From Rhodocyclaceae bacterium (GTDB taxonomy: Bacteria; Pseudomonadota; Gammaproteobacteria; Burkholderiales; Usitatibacteraceae): a stretch of 64,000 bases of DNA. The DNA is taken from the NCBI GenBank assembly GCA_020247395.1, contig JADCJC010000007.1, positions 2,434-66,433 of the forward strand. The letters are read 5' to 3'. Each line of letters begins with the position of its first letter. Within the stretch, counting starts at the first letter, position 1. Below, piece by piece: positions 55,588 through 64,000 of the stretch. The position numbers and the translations under genes were made by a program. The notes under the pieces are model-generated. The model searched no databases, was not told the DNA's origin, and saw only the letters and a program-made list of their open reading frames with translations.

Positions 55588-58542
55588 ATGACAGAAGCGG
55601 AGCGTTTTCAGAAAGTTCGCGAACTCTTTGACGCGACCGCCGAGTTGCCGGCAGCCGAGCGCCCTGAGAACCTGCGGCGCCTCACCGACGATGAAAGCAT
55701 TGTGGCGGAGGTGCTGGCACTGTGTCTGGGCAATGATGAAGACAGCACCACCCATTTTTCCAAGCCGCTGAGCAGTGCCTTGCAAAGCGCCACCGCCCCG
55801 GCGCTGAAAGCCGGCGACAAGTTGGGCGTCTGGCAGGTCGGGCGCGAAATCGGTCATGGCGGCATGGGCAGCGTTTACATGGTGGAACGGGTCGATGGCC
55901 ACTTCACGCAGACGGCCGCACTCAAGTTCATCAAGGGTCTACCGCGTTCTGAAACGCTCAAATACTTTTCGCGTGAACGCCAGTTACTCGCCAAGCTCAC
56001 CCATCCCAACATCGCGCGGCTGCTTGATGGTGGTGCCACCACACAGGGGCAGCCCTATCTGGTGATGGAATACATTGATGGTATTGCCATTGATATCCAC
56101 TGCCATCGTCAACGGTTAACCACAACCCAAATTCTGAAGCTCTTTGCGGTGGCCTGCGATGCCGTCGCCTTTTCGCACCGCCAACTGATTGTGCACTGCG
56201 ACTTAAAGCCGTCGAATATCCTCATCAATCAGGAAGGTCGTCCAATCCTGCTCGACTTTGGTATCGCACGCCTGCTGGACCGCGTGGGCACACAGGCCGA
56301 CGACGCCGCCATTGGCTCGTCGGCGGCCTATACGCCGCGTTACGCTAGCCCAGAGCAGCGCGAACATGGAACGGTGACGACCGTTAGCGATATTTATAGT
56401 CTGGGCGTGATGTTGGGTGAATTGCTTGGGGATGCCGTAGCCGCAGACATTGAGCTCAAGGCCTTGTTGGCGAAGGCGACGGCGGCGGACCCGGCGCAGC
56501 GCTACGCCACGGTTGAAGCGTTTACCGCTGACATCGAACGCTATCGGCAGAAGCTTCCGCTGAGTGCATTGCCAGCGGCGACGGGCTATATCGCCCGCAA
56601 GTTCATCGAGCGGCGCTGGCCCTTGGTGTTGGTCGGCGCGGCGTTTGCCGCCACGGTCGTGGGCTTCACGATCAAGGTAGTTGTTGAGATCGAGCGTGCG
56701 ACTGCGGCAGAGAAAACGGCGCTAACGGAACGGGACCGTGCGCAGCTTGCCGAGGCCGAGGCGATCCGCGAGCGAGATGCTACTCAGCGCGCTCGCGCCG
56801 AGGCGGTGGTCGAACGGGATGCGGCGGCGCGCGAACGTGACCGTGCCACATCTGCGGAAAGTGCTGCGGCGAGTGAACGTAACAGCGCGCGCCGTGCTGA
56901 GGCGGTCGCAATCCGGGAGCGGGACCGGGCGACACAGGCGGAGCGACAAGCGCGGGACGATCAGGCGCGAGCAAATCAAGCAGAGGCGGGGGCAAGGCAA
57001 ACGAGCGAGTTCCTCGTTTCCATCTTTGACAGTAGTAACCCTAACGCTGATTCCGGTGACATCCCTACATCAAGGTTGATTGCGGCAGCTGAGAGCAGGC
57101 TTGCTGCTGAGTTGAGCGCGCAGCCCGGTGTACAGGCCGAGCTCTACAGCGCGCTCGCGAGAGTGCAAGCGAACATGGGCAATACGCTTAAAGCGAACGA
57201 GAATTTTCAGCGCGCGCTTGAGTTTGAGCGAAAGCAGAATCGTCCGCTGGAGCTTGCGCAAATTCTCAACCGAGTAGCGAATCTCCGAGGTGCCAATTTT
57301 GGCGTGGCGCAAGCCGAGCCCTTCGCGCGCGAGGCATTGCAACTACGGGAACGCTATGCGGCGCCGAATTCTGATGCTCTCGCCGAATCTCTGGCAACAC
57401 TGGGCGGGATTCTGACGAGTCGCGGGCGGCGGGAAGAGGCGTTGCAATTACTGAGACGCTCCCAACAGATCCGCGAACAGAACGATCCTAACAGCAATGG
57501 TATGGCGACATCGCTGCATCTGCTGGCGCTACACTCGGTACGCTACGAACAATACGAAAAGGCGCTGGGAGAGTTCGAGCGCAGTATGGCGATTCGCTCT
57601 GCGTTAGTAGGGCAAGGGCATCCTGACTATCTTGCCTCGCTTGAGGAGTATGCGAACACATTGAATTCTATGCGTCGATACGCCGATGCCGAAGCGGCGA
57701 TTCGGCGTGCGATTGAGGCGCGTCGAAAGCTACACGGTCATCGTAATGAAAAAGTGGCCTTTGGACTCAACGTGCTCGGCAACATCGTAACTCGTCAGGG
57801 TCGCTCGCGTGAGGCAATCTCAATTTTTCGCGAGGCGCTATCGATTGTGGAGGCGCAGTTCGGTAAGCGCTCGATGCCGTATGCGTCGGTCGTCAATAAT
57901 CTAGCGATTCCACTGCAGAACGTGGGCGATTTGGTCGGAGCAGATCAGGCTTACACGGAGGCGATGACAACCTTCGCAAGCATTTGGCCCGACACCGATT
58001 TAACACTTGCTCGCACGAGGTTCAATGTGGCAAGGATTCGTTTGCAAATGGGCAAACTCGAGGGCGTTGAAGACTTACTGAACAGATCCTATACGACTCG
58101 ACAAAAGGCGCTGGGCGACAATCACGGTGAGGTTATCGAGACGGCGCTGTTGGTCGCGGAGTGGCGTTTAGCGAACGGCGATCTCAAGGGCGCACGCGCA
58201 ATGTTTGATCAGATCGCGCCATCAATGCCAGTAAAGGATGTCTTTACAGAGATTAACTTCGAACGCCTCGCCGCCCGGATCGCGATAAAGCAGGGTGAGC
58301 GCAGCGAGATATTGCAGCGGCTAGACGCGGTCGAGAGCAAGATCGCAAAAGCATTCGGTGAAGCCTCGCCGCGATTCCGCATTGCACGAGCGGAACGCGC
58401 CGAATGGCTTGCCACCACCGGTGACGCCGCGGATAGGTCCGCTGCACGCGATCTGGCGCGCAGCCTTCTCTCCCACCTGAACGAGCAACTCGATCCAAAC
58501 GCACCCGTGTTGGCCCGCTTGCGCGCGCTGACCACACCGTAG
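55588..58542 (+). CDS. Ser/Thr protein kinase with TM segment, charged coiled coil and TPR repeats
   Basis: GxGxxG (GHGGMGSV), catalytic loop HCDLKPSNIL, DFG, the APE-like YASPE, a TM segment (WPLVLVGAAFAATVVGF), then ERDRA-type repeats and about 450 aa of TPR. Confidence 0.85.
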   Translation: MTEAERFQKVRELFDATAELPAAERPENLRRLTDDESIVAEVLALCLGNDEDSTTHFSKPLSSALQSATAPALKAGDKLGVWQVGREIGHGGMGSVYMVERVDGHFTQTAALKFIKGLPRSETLKYFSRERQLLAKLTHPNIARLLDGGATTQGQPYLVMEYIDGIAIDIHCHRQRLTTTQILKLFAVACDAVAFSHRQLIVHCDLKPSNILINQEGRPILLDFGIARLLDRVGTQADDAAIGSSAAYTPRYASPEQREHGTVTTVSDIYSLGVMLGELLGDAVAADIELKALLAKATAADPAQRYATVEAFTADIERYRQKLPLSALPAATGYIARKFIERRWPLVLVGAAFAATVVGFTIKVVVEIERATAAEKTALTERDRAQLAEAEAIRERDATQRARAEAVVERDAAARERDRATSAESAAASERNSARRAEAVAIRERDRATQAERQARDDQARANQAEAGARQTSEFLVSIFDSSNPNADSGDIPTSRLIAAAESRLAAELSAQPGVQAELYSALARVQANMGNTLKANENFQRALEFERKQNRPLELAQILNRVANLRGANFGVAQAEPFAREALQLRERYAAPNSDALAESLATLGGILTSRGRREEALQLLRRSQQIREQNDPNSNGMATSLHLLALHSVRYEQYEKALGEFERSMAIRSALVGQGHPDYLASLEEYANTLNSMRRYADAEAAIRRAIEARRKLHGHRNEKVAFGLNVLGNIVTRQGRSREAISIFREALSIVEAQFGKRSMPYASVVNNLAIPLQNVGDLVGADQAYTEAMTTFASIWPDTDLTLARTRFNVARIRLQMGKLEGVEDLLNRSYTTRQKALGDNHGEVIETALLVAEWRLANGDLKGARAMFDQIAPSMPVKDVFTEINFERLAARIAIKQGERSEILQRLDAVESKIAKAFGEASPRFRIARAERAEWLATTGDAADRSAARDLARSLLSHLNEQLDPNAPVLARLRALTTP

Positions 58543-58945
58543 CCGAGGGTCGCGTCTGGGCGCTGCAGGTGATTGCAGGCTCCCCTCGATGCATTTCTAG
58601 GACTCACCGGTCGACCTGCGTCTGCCAAAGGGCGTTGATGGAACCCATCGATTCGGTGTGGTTGATTGCGTGGTTCGATATGCTCACCACGAACGGAGCA
58701 AGGGTTTCGAGAGGTGCCGCTCGGTGATCTCGCAGATTGGCGTGCAGTTTGGGATGTTTTGGCTTGAAAACGCCCGCCAAAACTTGTGTTTGGTTCTTCG
58801 GCGCACATCCGCAATTGGGCGCATGCTGGCGAGTTCAGATATTCACCAGCCATAAACATTTTGTGAGAATGATCCATCACCCCATCAAAAAACGATAACG
58901 AAGGTACGCGCTCTTTTGCGGCGCTCGACCACGGAGATCACGATC

Positions 58946-61900
58946 ATGGATGCCACGCTTAATCGCCAACAAAATCCCTTCCAGACCATGCTTTCGAACA
59001 GCGATGGCGGAGGCGTTTGGACAAGATCTCTACGCGCCACGTTGGCGGTTGTGTCTTTTTTTGGCTGGTTAGGTGCACGCAATTGCGCAAGTTGTCTGTT
59101 TCTGATGATGCTATTCGCGGGGACGTCCGTGTTCGCCCAAAACATCACTACCCTCGCAGGCAATGGTCTCGGGGGCTTTGGCGGTGATGGCGGACCGGCG
59201 ACAAGTGCCAGCTTGTATTACGCTCAAGATGTTGCCGTTGATAGTGCGGGCAACCTCTACGTCGCGGACTCAGCCAACAATCGCATTCGCAAAATCACGG
59301 CCGCTACTGGCATCATCACCACGATCGCAGGCGATGGAACGCCGGGTTTCTCAGGTGACAATGGGCCGGCAACCAGCGCGCGGTTAAACGATCCCCGAAA
59401 TGTCGCTGTCGATGGCGCGGGCAATGTCTACATTGCGGACTCGAGTAACAACCGCATTCGCAAGATCACAGCGGCGACCGGCGTCATCACGACCTTTGCT
59501 GGCAATGGCACGTCGGGGTTTTCAGGGGATAACGTTCTGGCCACTTCAACGCGCTTGGCTGGTCCTAAGGGGGTGGCGGTCGATAGCGCGGGTGATGTCT
59601 ACGTCGCGGATTTCGCAAATAGCCGTATCCGTAAAATCTCGGCGACCACCGGCATCATCACCACGGTTGCCGGTAATGGTACGTCGGGGTTCTCAGGTGA
59701 TGGTTTGTCAGCGATCGACGCCAACACCAGCTTGAACTTTCCGTGGGGTGTGGCCGTCGATGGCGCAGGCAATATCTATGTGGTCGACGCAAGTAATAGT
59801 CGAGTTCGCAAAATAACTGCCGCGACGGGTGTTATCAATACCGTGGCAGGTAACGGCACTAATGGATACTCGGGCGACAACGGCGCTGCGACAGGCGCTA
59901 GTATTTCGGCCCGAGGAATCGCGGTTGATAGCGCGGGCAACCTGTATATCGCAGATTACGGCAACCATCGCATACGGAAGGTTGCAGCAGCCACCGGCAT
60001 CATCACTACTTACGCTGGCAACGGCCTCGCGAATTTCGGAGGTGACGATGGACCGGCCATCAACGCTAACTTGAATTTGCCTTCAGGCGTTGTTGTTGAT
60101 GGCGCGGGCAAACTCTATGTGGCCGATGCGCAAAACTTTCGCATCCGCAAGATAACGCTCGTCGCGCCCGATGCGCCCACAATTGATGCGGTGACAGGGG
60201 GGGATCAGCAGGTAACGGTTTCATTTACCGCACCTACCAGTGACGGCGGTTCGTCAATCACTGGTTACACGGCAACCTGCGGCACGCGCAGCAATACCGG
60301 CACAGCTTCCCCGATTGTTGTGTCAAACCTGACCAATGGTGTCTCGGTGACTTGCCGCGTCAGCGCCACCAATGCGATTGGCACCGGCGCGTTGTCGGCA
60401 GCTTCGAATGGGGTGGTGCCGAATGTCCCACAGACGATTACTTTTGCCGCACAGCCTGCGCAGACGTATAGCAACGGTGGGGTTTTTTCATTAACCCCGT
60501 TTCCAACGGCGTCGTCCGGGTTATGGGTCACGCTGAGCTCGACCACTCCGAGTATTTGCACAATAAGCGCGGTCAGCAACATTGAAATTGTTGCCGCCGG
60601 AACTTGCGTGATCAACGCGGACCAGTCGGGAAACGCCGCCTTCATGCCCGCGCCGCAGGTCTCGCGATCTATCACCATCAATAAGCGAGATCAAACCATC
60701 AGCATCTTCGACTGCTCTGGTTGTCCGCTGTTTGCGACTGGCCAAGTCGGCGCGCTCAGCACATTCATCGCCGGCAGCAGTTTGCCCGTCACCGTTACGA
60801 GCCTTACGCCTAGTGTTTGCTCAGTCACCAATTCTTCAGGCTGGCGGGTTCAAGGCCTCATCGGAGGTACCTGTACCCTCGCGGCAAATCAGGCCGGAAA
60901 TGCCAACTACAATCCCGCATCGCAGGTGACGCTTGACATCACCGTGAATAAGCTCCCGCAATTACCACTTTTCAGCCTTAATGTTGATCTTCCCCTTACT
61001 TTTGGACAGCCAGCAAGGACGGCTAGTGTCAATGGGGGGTCGGGTACCGGCGCAATCACTTTTTCGGCTACCGGCAACTGCGCGATCACTGGCAACTCGG
61101 TGGTGGCGACAGGAGCAGGCGCTTGTACCATCACCGCCACCAAAGCTGCGGATGCTGTTTACGAGTCCGCGTCTGTCTCGCAAACGTTTACAGTGCAGAA
61201 GGCGACCCAATCGCCGATCTCAGTAGTGTTCGCGACGAATCCGATCGGCTTCGGCGCTTCGACAACAATGTCGATTACTGGCGGCGGCGGTTCGGGGGCG
61301 GTCACCTTTTCCACTAGCTCTAGCGCATGCACCATCAACGGGACGACTGTAACGGCCGTATCGCTCGGAGGCTGTACCGTCATCGCCACAAAAGACGCTG
61401 ACGCCAACTACTTGAGCGGAACGGGATCAGGCGGTTTGAGCATTGTCCAAGCAACGCCAACTCTCACGTTCCCTGTCATTGCGGATCAGATGATGGGAAG
61501 CGCGTCATTTGTTGTGACCGCCAGCAGCAATTCGGGTGTCACACCGGCGATTTTCTCGGTCACACCAAGTGCCTGCACTGCTTCCGGCAATGGCAGCGCC
61601 ACGGTTGTCTTGCTAAACGTCGGCACATGCACCTTGAGGGCCAACGTTAACTCGACCACGAATTACACCAACGGGCAGCTCGACCGAAGTTTTAACATTA
61701 CCCAAGGTACACAAACTATCACGTTCGGCACGCTGCCCACCGTGGTGGTCGGCGGAACTGGCACACTTTTGGCGACGGGTGGTCAATCGAGTTTGCCGAT
61801 TAACTTCGCGAGCACCACACCGGGCGTTTGTACCGTCGCCGGGTCAACGGTGACCGGGGTCAGTTTTGGAAGTTGTGCGATCACAGCAAACCAAGCGGGT

Positions 61901-64000
61901 AACGCAAATTACGCAGCCGCGTCGCAGGTTTCGACCAGTCTGACAATTGGCCGCGCCAACCAGACGATCAACTTCGGCGCACCGCCATCAATTTCCAATG
62001 GGCAGAGCGATACTATCTCGGCGACCGGCGGGGCATCGGGAAACCCGGTTGTGTTTGCGAGTACCTCGCCATCGGCATGTTCGGTTTCGGGAAATACGGT
62101 TACGGCAGGTTATACCGGCACATGCGTGATCATCGCCAATCAAGCAGGCAACGCGAACTACAACGCGGCACCGCAGGCCAGTTTGAGCTTTGATATTGTG
62201 TCGGGAAGTTGGACATCGACGGCATCAATGTCGATCGCGCGGGTTGACCACACGATGACAAGACTCGCCAACGGCAAAGTGCTTGTAAGCGGAGGAGCGG
62301 ACGGTCCTGCTAGCTATGGAAGTACCGCAATCTCCAGTGCAGAGCTCTACGATCCGGCGACCGGCTTGTGGTCAGCGGCGCCCAATATGGCGGTCTCTCG
62401 CAGCTTACACACCGCAACGTTGTTGCTGGACGGCACGGTGCTTGTGCTTGGTGGCTGGGATCCCTTCACGGGTGTTGCGCGAAGCAGCGGAGCTCGTTAC
62501 AACCCGACGACCAATACTTGGACCAATGTTGCCAATATGCCGTCAGCACGTAGAAGTCACACGGCCACGAGACTCGCGGATGGTTCGGTGGTGGTCATCG
62601 GTGGCTATGATGACTTGCTAGGCAATGTCGATAGTATCGTGCGTTATGACCCCGGGACGAATGCTTGGACGACGCTAGGCACCTCTAGTCAATCGTTCTT
62701 TGGCCACACGGCGACAATGCTCCAGAACGGAAAAATTCTACTCGCCGGAGGGCAGCAAGATCAGTCAGGTCTGTACGATCCGGCGTCGAACAGTATGAGT
62801 GTCCCAGCCGGCGCGAGCTACTTTTCCGCACAATATCCGACCTCGCAGTTGCTGCCTGATGGAACAGTCGTGCTGTTCGGCGATAGCAGCAATGGCAACG
62901 TAATGTTGTATAACGCGAGTACGAATACATGGAGTACACGAGCGGTATCGCCCAACAGCCCAGCGGTGAGTGCTCTGCTTGGGAGTGGGAAGGTGCTTAC
63001 AGCTGCTTGGAACTTCATTAACGGTGGCGGAAGTGCCGCTCTCTACAATCCCGGTCTCGACGCTTGGCAGGCGACGGGCAACATCGTCACGGCCCGGTAC
63101 GGTGGCGCTAGCGTCGTGCTAGACAGTGGGCGCGTGCTGGTTGCCGGCGGAGCCGATGGCAGTTACGCGGCTATGGCGCTCGCAGAGGTGTATGACCCTG
63201 GTAACATCGTGCCCTCCGCTCCAAGAATCGGAACAGCGGCGGCGGGGTCGGCCAGCGCGACGGTTACATTTACCAGTCTTCCAGGGCAAGGGATCACCAG
63301 CTTTACCGCGATTTCGGCGCCCGGTGGATTTACGGGCAGTTGTGCGGCGCCTTGCTCAAGTATCACCATCAATGGGTTAGTCGGTGGGCCGTTTACCTTC
63401 ACTGTCACCGCGACAAATCCAATCGGCACAAGCGCGCCGTCGGCGGCGTCGAATGCTGTCACGCTACAAGCGGGCAGCCAGGCGATTGTGCTCGGCACCA
63501 ACCCCGGTCCTGTCACATACTCGCTCGGCGGTACGTTTGCGGTCAGCGCGACGGGTGGCGCGTCCGGTAACCCGGTAACCTTTAGCAGCACGACAACGGG
63601 GGTGTGTACCACTGGCGGCACCAACGGTTCGACCGTGACGATACTGACGGCGGGAACATGCACGATTGCAGGAGACCAAGCGGGTAATGCCAGCTACACC
63701 GCGGCACCGCAGGTCACACAAACGATTGTGATCAACAAGGCGAATCAGTCTGCGCTCACCGCGACATCGACTTCGACAAGTCTTGTGATTGGGCAGACTG
63801 CAACGCTGGGCAGCACGGGGGGCAGCGGTATTGGTGCTGTATCGTTTAGCAGCAACAACGCCAACTGCACGGTGAGCGGGAGCAACCTGACTGCGGCCGC
63901 TGTCGGTGGATGCATCATCACCGCGACCAAAGCTGCCGACAGCAACTACAACCAAGCCGTCAGTGCTGGTCTCGCCATCACGGTGAACGCCGCACCGCTG
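58946..64000 (+). CDS. giant secreted repeat protein: signal peptide, 6 NHL repeats, Fn3, 7 Ig-like modules, Kelch propeller, Fn3, more Ig-like modules (3' end outside window)
   Basis: Hand translation gives 1685 uninterrupted codons from ATG 58946 (GGAG 9 nt upstream) to base 64000. It is absent from the ORF track because there is no stop in the window, and no frame-matched ORFs are listed there. NHL period (G..LY[VI]AD..N.RIRKIT) spans 59138-60160, and Kelch (LYDP..W) spans 62201-63205. Confidence 0.85.
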   Translation, partial: MDATLNRQQNPFQTMLSNSDGGGVWTRSLRATLAVVSFFGWLGARNCASCLFLMMLFAGTSVFAQNITTLAGNGLGGFGGDGGPATSASLYYAQDVAVDSAGNLYVADSANNRIRKITAATGIITTIAGDGTPGFSGDNGPATSARLNDPRNVAVDGAGNVYIADSSNNRIRKITAATGVITTFAGNGTSGFSGDNVLATSTRLAGPKGVAVDSAGDVYVADFANSRIRKISATTGIITTVAGNGTSGFSGDGLSAIDANTSLNFPWGVAVDGAGNIYVVDASNSRVRKITAATGVINTVAGNGTNGYSGDNGAATGASISARGIAVDSAGNLYIADYGNHRIRKVAAATGIITTYAGNGLANFGGDDGPAINANLNLPSGVVVDGAGKLYVADAQNFRIRKITLVAPDAPTIDAVTGGDQQVTVSFTAPTSDGGSSITGYTATCGTRSNTGTASPIVVSNLTNGVSVTCRVSATNAIGTGALSAASNGVVPNVPQTITFAAQPAQTYSNGGVFSLTPFPTASSGLWVTLSSTTPSICTISAVSNIEIVAAGTCVINADQSGNAAFMPAPQVSRSITINKRDQTISIFDCSGCPLFATGQVGALSTFIAGSSLPVTVTSLTPSVCSVTNSSGWRVQGLIGGTCTLAANQAGNANYNPASQVTLDITVNKLPQLPLFSLNVDLPLTFGQPARTASVNGGSGTGAITFSATGNCAITGNSVVATGAGACTITATKAADAVYESASVSQTFTVQKATQSPISVVFATNPIGFGASTTMSITGGGGSGAVTFSTSSSACTINGTTVTAVSLGGCTVIATKDADANYLSGTGSGGLSIVQATPTLTFPVIADQMMGSASFVVTASSNSGVTPAIFSVTPSACTASGNGSATVVLLNVGTCTLRANVNSTTNYTNGQLDRSFNITQGTQTITFGTLPTVVVGGTGTLLATGGQSSLPINFASTTPGVCTVAGSTVTGVSFGSCAITANQAGNANYAAASQVSTSLTIGRANQTINFGAPPSISNGQSDTISATGGASGNPVVFASTSPSACSVSGNTVTAGYTGTCVIIANQAGNANYNAAPQASLSFDIVSGSWTSTASMSIARVDHTMTRLANGKVLVSGGADGPASYGSTAISSAELYDPATGLWSAAPNMAVSRSLHTATLLLDGTVLVLGGWDPFTGVARSSGARYNPTTNTWTNVANMPSARRSHTATRLADGSVVVIGGYDDLLGNVDSIVRYDPGTNAWTTLGTSSQSFFGHTATMLQNGKILLAGGQQDQSGLYDPASNSMSVPAGASYFSAQYPTSQLLPDGTVVLFGDSSNGNVMLYNASTNTWSTRAVSPNSPAVSALLGSGKVLTAAWNFINGGGSAALYNPGLDAWQATGNIVTARYGGASVVLDSGRVLVAGGADGSYAAMALAEVYDPGNIVPSAPRIGTAAAGSASATVTFTSLPGQGITSFTAISAPGGFTGSCAAPCSSITINGLVGGPFTFTVTATNPIGTSAPSAASNAVTLQAGSQAIVLGTNPGPVTYSLGGTFAVSATGGASGNPVTFSSTTTGVCTTGGTNGSTVTILTAGTCTIAGDQAGNASYTAAPQVTQTIVINKANQSALTATSTSTSLVIGQTATLGSTGGSGIGAVSFSSNNANCTVSGSNLTAAAVGGCIITATKAADSNYNQAVSAGLAITVNAAPL

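Noticed and set aside
60265-63955. Minus-strand ORFs 60265..60681, 63163..63663 and 63464..63955, plus the many short plus-strand ORFs listed after 58885.
   Set aside because: All are out of frame with, or antisense to, the uninterrupted 1685-codon repeat-protein frame, whose NHL, Fn3 and Kelch periodicity is unambiguous.
1-64000. CRISPR arrays, rRNA genes, intact IS elements or transposases, and prophage structural genes.
   Set aside because: None was found. The only regularly spaced repeats are short (heptamer, 15-mer and 16-mer tandems) or are protein-coding domain repeats within the giant ORF.

Overview
A 64 kb, moderately GC-rich proteobacterial chromosome segment; an E. coli-type SOS box, DnaA boxes and an FNR-type box point to beta/gamma-proteobacteria. 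By eye it splits into six blocks.

(1) 1-31.9 kb is an accessory-looking stress/hypoxia block. It holds mgtA (5' end outside the window), a PAS histidine kinase, and an unexplained module of two ArsA/Get3-class ATPases plus two paralogous small proteins. It also holds an acsA-E1alpha-E1beta-E2-ACP-cstA operon, a USP, an L,D-transpeptidase, a second P-type ATPase and a MacAB-like efflux system. The rest comprises a DksA/TraR protein, a Crp/Fnr regulator, two response regulators, Hsp20, class II RNR, CFA synthase, a CBS protein and several decayed genes.

(2) 31.9-34.6 kb is a decayed integration hotspot at tRNA-Leu(CAG). It carries an integrase N-terminal stub, a partial tRNA 3' copy, phased heptamer repeats, an orphan antitoxin, an AraC regulator and a VOC protein.

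(3) 34.7-49 kb is housekeeping core: rnr-rlmB, an M16 peptidase, rpsF-rpsR-rplI (no priB), dnaB interrupted by a 354-aa intein with class-3 hallmarks, alr, an orphan ORF, and radA with a LexA box.

(4) 49-53.4 kb is an accessory stretch with a toxin-antitoxin/HTH cluster.

(5) tyrS.

(6) 55-64 kb holds an ECF sigma factor, a Ser/Thr kinase-TPR protein and a secreted NHL/Fn3/Ig-like/Kelch protein of more than 1685 aa. That ORF runs off the window end, so it is missing from the ORF track.

The best candidate for an undescribed system is the ArsA-pair plus small-protein module at 3.5-6.8 kb. No CRISPR array, rRNA or intact IS element was seen. All family calls rest on motif recognition by eye, since no searches could be run.
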